This document shows positions 58,316 to 64,000 of a stretch of 64,000 nucleotides of DNA, in pieces. Source of the stretch: TPA_inf: Saccharomyces (Eukaryota). The notes under the pieces were generated by a model. That model saw nothing but the letters and a program-made list of their open reading frames with translations, was not told the DNA's origin and did no database searches. Each line of letters starts with the position of its first letter. The first letter of the stretch is position 1. The position numbers and the translations under genes are program-made. The DNA is taken from contig BK006947.3 in NCBI GenBank assembly GCA_000146045.2, positions 192,001-256,000 of the forward strand, given 5' to 3'.

Positions 58316-58818
58316 GCTTAAACTGATGTGATAAACATATTCTTGTTGGTAACAGAGTGTTCGTTCAATCTTTTTAAGATATTTTGTTTCCTAATTTCTT
58401 CACATTTTTGAATTACTGTTTTTCTTAATTTCATAACGGGTTCTTTTCAAAAAACCGTAAAAATTTGAGGTCACACCAACTAAATACAAATTGTTTCATC
58501 ACGGTGACTATATCAAGAACTTCGTAAGGAAACATTTAGAAAACTCAATATAGTAAAGTTTCATCAGCAATCTTATCTGAGTAATATTATCTACGATCTA
58601 AATATAGGATGATCTGCCGATTTAGGAATCGTACTGTAGATTGCTCTTGGCGACAGATATAGTGAAATACCTTTTACAAAGTGGATACAGGTTGCCTATC
58701 ACTACCGCCATTTCACTAGCAAGTAGAGTATTGAGAAAACGGTAAACTTTGAAAGTTGCAGATGCAGAATATATATCTGGTTTTGTAGTTCTATCCGCTA
58801 AACGGGACGATCGCATTT

Positions 58819-58828
58819 TAGCCGCCGA
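58819..58828 (-). promoter_or_regulatory. URS1 (Ume6-binding) element; plus strand TAGCCGCCGA, i.e. TCGGCGGCTA on the other strand
   Basis: 10/10 match to the URS1 core, 105 bp upstream of the MER1 ATG. Confidence 0.65.
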
Positions 58829-58930
58829 CAGTGTTAATATAAGTAATGAACTTGGGTTAATTTGATTACGCGTCACAGCTACTAATAAAATAAGACCGAG
58901 AGTTTTAATCAGCTAGTGCATACCAAAACA

Positions 58931-59743
58931 ATGAGTAACCAACACAGCCCTCAGCCATTTTGTTTGGACACCAAATTGGTGAAACTATTAGAAGAGCTCC
59001 AGGAGGGAAAGCAATTCAACAATAAAAACATATTCCCGGAAAAAGCATTATATTTGAAGCTCGCTCTTGATTATTCTTTCTTCAGAAAGAATTTACTAGA
59101 GTTTTGCGTCCACCTTGACAAGATAAAAGGAGTCATTAGACCAAACTATGACACTATATATATTTTGTGCCTGTTGGAGGTGGATCTCCTCAATCTGGTA
59201 TTTACCGACAATATATTGGAAATATGTTTGCCCAGGTTTGTTTCAAGGGAGGACTTGAGGGTTTTTAATAATACTTTTTACACATATCACGATAACCGCC
59301 TACGTATTCTCCAAGAAGACTTTTCTCAATTGTTCAAAAAAATCAAAACTAAGGCTTCTGTACTATGTTTTACAGTTGAGGAAATTTTTCTGACAAACCA
59401 AGAAATTTTACCTCAAAACTCAACAGTGGCAGAACTGCAAAAGAGCACTAATAAAGTACAGACAAATGGGCCGCAACGGCACGATTTCATAGTCACTCTA
59501 GAAATAAAACTGAACAAAACACAAATCACTTTCCTCATTGGAGCTAAAGGAACGAGAATTGAAAGCTTGAGGGAAAAATCAGGCGCCAGCATAAAAATAA
59601 TACCTATTAGTGATAAAATGACTGCACATGAAAGGAACCACCCTGAATCTGTTCAACAAACAATACTAATTTCGGGTGACTTATACTCAATTGCATTAGC
59701 CGTCACCAGTATAGAGTCTGCATTAATTACTTTGGATTTATAG
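58931..59743 (+). CDS. MER1: Meiosis-specific splicing activator with KH domain (270 aa)
   Basis: KH-type motif IGAKGTRIESLREKSGASIKI in the C-terminal part. URS1 element 105 bp upstream. Starts MSNQHSPQPF at ATG 58931. Confidence 0.8.
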   Translation: MSNQHSPQPFCLDTKLVKLLEELQEGKQFNNKNIFPEKALYLKLALDYSFFRKNLLEFCVHLDKIKGVIRPNYDTIYILCLLEVDLLNLVFTDNILEICLPRFVSREDLRVFNNTFYTYHDNRLRILQEDFSQLFKKIKTKASVLCFTVEEIFLTNQEILPQNSTVAELQKSTNKVQTNGPQRHDFIVTLEIKLNKTQITFLIGAKGTRIESLREKSGASIKIIPISDKMTAHERNHPESVQQTILISGDLYSIALAVTSIESALITLDL

Positions 59744-60058
59744 ATTATGCGGAAATGGTGTTGGAAGATACCAGATTGTAAGCTTATTTGATCGTTTCAA
59801 TGATGGCTTATACAAGATCACACTTAATTCGTATCATTCGAAACGGAAAAAGAAATGTGGATTTTCTTTTTCAATTTTTTTTTTTTTCATGATTTTTTTG
59901 GGCGACGCAGAGATGAGATAAAAAAATTTTTCAACTGCTATTCTCAATCGAATTTTTTTTGTTATCCTCACCTATTTGTTACATAAATTTCGTTATTTTG
60001 CACTTGTTACCCATCGTTTTTTCTTTCAAGAAACCAAGAACCAATATCCTCATTAACA

Positions 60059-61900
60059 ATGGCTGAAGGTGTTTTCCAAGGTGCTATCGGTATCGATTTA
60101 GGTACAACATACTCTTGTGTTGCTACTTATGAATCTTCCGTTGAAATTATTGCCAACGAACAAGGTAACAGAGTTACTCCATCTTTCGTTGCCTTCACCC
60201 CACAGGAAAGATTGATCGGTGATGCTGCCAAGAACCAAGCTGCTTTGAACCCAAGAAACACTGTTTTTGATGCTAAGCGTTTGATTGGTAGAAGATTCGA
60301 CGACGAGTCTGTCCAAAAGGACATGAAGACCTGGCCTTTCAAGGTTATCGACGTCGATGGTAACCCAGTCATTGAAGTCCAATACTTGGAAGAAACCAAG
60401 ACTTTCTCCCCACAAGAAATTTCCGCTATGGTCTTGACCAAGATGAAGGAAATTGCTGAAGCTAAGATTGGTAAGAAGGTTGAAAAGGCTGTCATTACTG
60501 TCCCAGCTTACTTTAACGATGCCCAAAGACAAGCTACCAAGGATGCCGGTGCCATTTCTGGTTTGAACGTTTTGCGTATCATCAACGAACCTACTGCCGC
60601 TGCTATTGCTTACGGTCTAGGTGCTGGTAAGTCCGAAAAGGAAAGACATGTTTTGATTTTCGATTTGGGTGGTGGTACTTTCGATGTTTCCTTGTTGCAC
60701 ATTGCTGGTGGTGTTTACACTGTTAAATCTACTTCCGGTAACACTCACTTGGGTGGTCAAGATTTCGACACCAACTTGTTGGAACACTTCAAGGCTGAAT
60801 TCAAGAAGAAGACTGGTTTGGACATCTCCGACGATGCCAGAGCTTTGAGAAGATTGAGAACTGCTGCTGAAAGAGCTAAGAGAACCTTATCTTCTGTCAC
60901 TCAAACTACCGTTGAAGTTGACTCTTTGTTTGACGGTGAAGATTTCGAATCCTCTTTGACTAGAGCTAGATTTGAAGACTTGAACGCCGCATTGTTCAAG
61001 TCTACTTTGGAACCTGTTGAACAAGTTTTGAAGGATGCTAAGATCTCTAAGTCTCAAATCGACGAAGTTGTCTTGGTTGGTGGTTCTACCAGAATTCCAA
61101 AGGTCCAAAAGTTGTTGTCTGACTTCTTTGACGGTAAGCAATTGGAAAAATCTATTAACCCAGATGAAGCTGTTGCTTACGGTGCTGCTGTTCAAGGTGC
61201 TATCTTGACTGGCCAATCCACATCTGACGAAACCAAGGACTTGTTGTTGTTAGATGTTGCTCCATTATCTCTAGGTGTTGGTATGCAAGGTGACATTTTC
61301 GGTATTGTTGTCCCAAGAAACACAACTGTTCCAACCATCAAGAGAAGAACCTTCACAACTGTCAGTGACAACCAAACCACCGTTCAATTCCCAGTCTACC
61401 AAGGTGAACGTGTCAACTGTAAAGAAAACACTTTGTTGGGTGAATTCGACTTGAAGAACATCCCAATGATGCCAGCTGGTGAACCAGTCTTGGAAGCTAT
61501 CTTCGAAGTTGATGCTAACGGTATCTTGAAGGTTACTGCCGTCGAAAAGTCTACCGGTAAGTCTTCTAACATCACTATCTCCAACGCTGTCGGTAGATTG
61601 TCTTCTGAAGAAATTGAAAAGATGGTTAACCAAGCCGAAGAGTTCAAGGCTGCTGATGAAGCTTTTGCTAAGAAGCACGAAGCTAGACAAAGACTAGAAT
61701 CCTACGTCGCTTCCATCGAACAAACCGTCACTGACCCAGTCTTGTCTTCTAAATTGAAGAGAGGTTCCAAGTCCAAGATCGAAGCTGCTTTGTCCGATGC
61801 TTTGGCTGCTTTGCAAATCGAAGACCCATCCGCTGATGAGTTGAGAAAGGCAGAAGTTGGTTTGAAGAGAGTTGTCACCAAGGCCATGTCTTCTCGTTAA
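60059..61900 (+). CDS. SSB2: Ribosome-associated Hsp70 chaperone (613 aa)
   Basis: Hsp70 signatures [16 protein letters not shown] and [11 protein letters not shown]. Extreme codon bias. Distinguished from SSB1 by genomic context (next to MER1/RIO2), not by sequence. Confidence 0.9.
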   Translation: MAEGVFQGAIGIDLGTTYSCVATYESSVEIIANEQGNRVTPSFVAFTPQERLIGDAAKNQAALNPRNTVFDAKRLIGRRFDDESVQKDMKTWPFKVIDVDGNPVIEVQYLEETKTFSPQEISAMVLTKMKEIAEAKIGKKVEKAVITVPAYFNDAQRQATKDAGAISGLNVLRIINEPTAAAIAYGLGAGKSEKERHVLIFDLGGGTFDVSLLHIAGGVYTVKSTSGNTHLGGQDFDTNLLEHFKAEFKKKTGLDISDDARALRRLRTAAERAKRTLSSVTQTTVEVDSLFDGEDFESSLTRARFEDLNAALFKSTLEPVEQVLKDAKISKSQIDEVVLVGGSTRIPKVQKLLSDFFDGKQLEKSINPDEAVAYGAAVQGAILTGQSTSDETKDLLLLDVAPLSLGVGMQGDIFGIVVPRNTTVPTIKRRTFTTVSDNQTTVQFPVYQGERVNCKENTLLGEFDLKNIPMMPAGEPVLEAIFEVDANGILKVTAVEKSTGKSSNITISNAVGRLSSEEIEKMVNQAEEFKAADEAFAKKHEARQRLESYVASIEQTVTDPVLSSKLKRGSKSKIEAALSDALAALQIEDPSADELRKAEVGLKRVVTKAMSSR

Positions 61901-62417
61901 GATGTCATTCTGGTTAAGGTTATACACATATATATATTTTTCATTTTTAATGTCTTAGCTTTTGTATCTTAGATGAAGTTTTAGTTCTGTATATCACGAT
62001 CAAGATATCATACAATCATAAATTCAATTATTCTTCTGTTTCCCCTCTTGAGGCATCAAACGAGTGTTTGACTGATACACACCAACATACTAAGGCAACT
62101 TTTCTGGCTGCCCAAAGCTGTGGCACGTATGAAACTGCTTTTCGGCTGCATAAAACAACCATGTGGAGTTTTTACTGTATTCGCATTTCGCCCCGCTAGC
62201 ATTCTTCGTTCATGCTAAAAATGAGGCGTGGGCTAATATTCAGTATTAATAATTCCGGCACCCGCACAGCCCATACCGGAAAAGGGGCTGGCTGTTGGGC
62301 TTGGCAAAAAACTCAATCTGAGCAGTCATTTATAAAGAAAGACTTTAATTTGTCTTGCTAAACACTTGTAAGCCTTCCAAATATAGATCACTTAAGACAA
62401 TCTAACAAGTGTCCAAA

Positions 62418-63017
62418 ATGTCTGCAAACGAATTCTACTCAAGTGGCCAACAAGGTCAATATAACCAGCAAAACAACCAAGAAAGAACTGGTGCTCCAAA
62501 CAACGGTCAATATGGTGCCGACAATGGTAACCCCAACGGTGAACGTGGTTTATTTTCCACTATTGTAGGTGGCAGTGCCGGTGCGTACGCTGGATCTAAG
62601 GTGTCGAACAACCATTCTAAGTTGAGTGGTGTGCTGGGCGCCATAGGTGGTGCATTCCTTGCCAACAAGATATCTGATGAGCGTAAAGAGCATAAGCAAC
62701 AAGAGCAATACGGCAACTCAAACTTCGGAGGTGCTCCTCAAGGTGGACACAACAACCATCACCGTCAGGACAATAACAACAATAACGGTGGATTTGGCGG
62801 TCCAGGCGGCCCTGGCGGTCAAGGTTTCGGAAGACAAGGCCCACAAGGATTTGGAGGTCCTGGTCCACAAGAGTTTGGTGGTCCAGGTGGCCAAGGATTC
62901 GGTGGTCCAAATCCTCAAGAATTCGGCGGGCCAGGTGGCCAAGGATTCGGTGGTCCAAACCCTCAGGAATTCGGGGGCCAAGGTCGTCAAGGATTCAATG
63001 GCGGTTCACGTTGGTGA
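62418..63017 (+). CDS. Gly/Gln/Asn-rich low-complexity protein with C-terminal tandem GGPGGQGFGGPNPQEF repeats (199 aa)
   Basis: ATG at 62418 (MSANEFYSSGQQGQYNQQNNQ). Position matches YNL208W. A 48-bp tandem repeat lies in the 3' third. Confidence 0.75.
   Translation: MSANEFYSSGQQGQYNQQNNQERTGAPNNGQYGADNGNPNGERGLFSTIVGGSAGAYAGSKVSNNHSKLSGVLGAIGGAFLANKISDERKEHKQQEQYGNSNFGGAPQGGHNNHHRQDNNNNNGGFGGPGGPGGQGFGRQGPQGFGGPGPQEFGGPGGQGFGGPNPQEFGGPGGQGFGGPNPQEFGGQGRQGFNGGSRW
62880..62975 (+). repeat. Two near-identical 48-bp in-frame tandem repeats (44/48 identical) encoding GPGGQGFGGPNPQEFG, flanked by degenerate copies
   Basis: The unit ggtccaggtggccaaggattcggtggtccaaatcctcaagaattcggc is directly repeated. 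Many overlapping spurious ORFs on both strands mark the repeat. Confidence 0.85.
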
Positions 63018-63153
63018 ATGGCTCAACAGAGTGAGTGTCATTTTTAGCTAACTACATACTTGATTTATCTATATATACATATATACTACTCGTTTTATTA
63101 TGATGTCGTAACAAATGACTTATTCGAGAAAAGAAAACGTGAAAAAATAAGCT

Positions 63154-63170
63154 AAAAATTTGGCGATGAG
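63154..63170 (+). promoter_or_regulatory. RRPE-like (AAAAATTT) plus PAC (GCGATGAG) ribosome-biogenesis promoter motifs
   Basis: GCGATGAG at 63163-63170 (8/8 PAC) is preceded by TAAAAATTT, ~185 bp upstream of the RIO2 ATG. Confidence 0.6.
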
Positions 63171-63352
63171 GTTCTCTGTTGAAGTTGGAACCCGCAATTC
63201 ATGATTTTGGTAAGGTCAAGGATCATCAGTAATTAGCTTAAAGTAAGAACTACTCAATAATATTAAACCATTTATCCTTGGCTCGTCTTTCTATTGACCA
63301 ATCAATACTATTTTAAACATCTCTTCTACCACATACTTTCAATCAGACTAGA

Positions 63353-64000
63353 ATGAAATTGGATACTTCTCATATGAGATATTTGACAACTGATGATTTT
63401 CGTGTCCTCCAGGCCGTTGAACAAGGTTCTAGAAGTCACGAAGTCGTTCCAACTCCCTTGATTCATCAAATCTCGGGGATGAGATCGCAGTCCGGAACAA
63501 ACCGAGCCATTAGTGATTTGGCCAAGCTTAGCCTTATTTCCAAAATGAGAAATGTCAAATATGATGGTTACAGGCTAACTTATAACGGTATTGATTATTT
63601 GGCTTTGAAAACCATGTTAAACAGAGACACTGTCTATTCTGTCGGTAACACTATTGGTGTTGGTAAGGAATCTGACATCTATAAAGTAAGTGACAAAAAT
63701 GGAAACCCTAGAGTAATGAAAATTCACAGATTAGGTAGAACCTCTTTTCATTCCGTCAGAAATAATAGAGATTATCTGAAGAAATCCAACCAGGGGGCAA
63801 ACTGGATGCATCTTTCACGTTTGGCAGCCAATAAAGAATATCAGTTTATGTCCATGCTTTATTCTAAGGGTTTCAAGGTCCCTGAGCCATTCGATAACTC
63901 GCGTCATATAGTCGTTATGGAGCTTATCGAGGGTTACCCAATGAGGAGATTAAGAAAACATAAGAATATACCCAAGCTTTATAGTGATCTGATGTGTTTC
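63353..64000 (+). CDS. RIO2: RIO-type serine kinase Rio2, N-terminal 216 codons (partial; continues past the window end)
   Basis: ATG 63353 opens MKLDTSHMRYLTTDDFRVLQAVEQGSRSHEVVPTPLIHQISGMRS (winged-helix N-domain), then the RIO glycine-loop GVGKESDIYKV. No stop before the window end. Confidence 0.9.
   Translation, partial: MKLDTSHMRYLTTDDFRVLQAVEQGSRSHEVVPTPLIHQISGMRSQSGTNRAISDLAKLSLISKMRNVKYDGYRLTYNGIDYLALKTMLNRDTVYSVGNTIGVGKESDIYKVSDKNGNPRVMKIHRLGRTSFHSVRNNRDYLKKSNQGANWMHLSRLAANKEYQFMSMLYSKGFKVPEPFDNSRHIVVMELIEGYPMRRLRKHKNIPKLYSDLMCF

Noticed and set aside
58316-58930. Possible replication origin (ARS) in the 615-bp YNL211C-MER1 intergenic region
   Set aside because: I could not find an 11/11 match to the ACS (WTTTAYRTTTW) on either strand there; the best were 10/11. 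Without a match, or a B-element context I can verify, I do not call an ARS.
58931-59743. Functional link suggested by the U1-snRNP-interacting splicing factor gene MER1 lying only ~20 kb from the U1 snRNA gene
   Set aside because: Yeast genes are not organised in functional clusters of this kind, and ~10 unrelated genes intervene. Treated as coincidence.
60098-61690. Antisense ORFs across SSB2 (60098-60532, 60127-60495, 60887-61216, 61192-61380, 61271-61690, 61396-61647; 62-144 aa)
   Set aside because: Explained by the extreme codon bias of SSB2, which removes stop codons from the antisense frames. No independent coding signal.
62507-63051. Four overlapping ORFs on both strands across the 3' part of the YNL208W-like gene
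   Set aside because: Caused by the GC-rich in-frame tandem repeat. All frames stay open across repeated units.

Overview
This window reads as a gene-dense stretch of Saccharomyces cerevisiae nuclear DNA, collinear with the chromosome XIV left arm from ATG2 (YNL242W, 5' end lies outside the window) through ZWF1, NAR1, LAP3, KEX2, YTP1, SIN4, YNL234W, BNI4, CSL4, PDR16, ELA1, URE2, JJJ1, CNM67, SQS1, ATG4, SSU72, POP1, ADE12, ALG9, MGS1, YNL217W/PPN2, RAP1, IES2, PEX17, RRG9, VID27, YNL211C, MER1, SSB2 and YNL208W to the 5' part of RIO2 (YNL207W). Gene identities rest on diagnostic motifs in the translations (G6PD signature, subtilisin catalytic triad, adenylosuccinate synthetase P-loop, Hsp70, GST-like Ure2 with an Asn-rich N-terminus, DnaJ, AAA+, RIO kinase and others), on protein lengths and on gene order. 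Most true starts are internal ATGs because the ORF track opens at TTG/GTG codons; I recomputed the starts. One feature the ORF track cannot show is the 568-nt U1 spliceosomal snRNA (SNR19) on the minus strand at about 38105..38672, identified from its 5' AUACUUACC splice-site pairing box, the stem-loop I GAUCAAGAAG loop and an Sm site. I also located several promoter elements consistent with known regulation: a Gal4 CGG-N11-CCG site before LAP3/GAL6, a perfect PDRE before PDR16, URS1 before MER1, TGACTC before ADE12, Reb1/Cbf1 sites, and PAC plus RRPE motifs before RIO2. I see no tRNA genes, Ty/LTR elements, CRISPR arrays or operon-like prokaryotic organisation. Nothing points to a novel system: this is a compact housekeeping region of a well-characterised genome. 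The most interesting points are the snRNA gene, an alternative N-terminal extension on LAP3, the URE2 prion domain and a tandem repeat in YNL208W.
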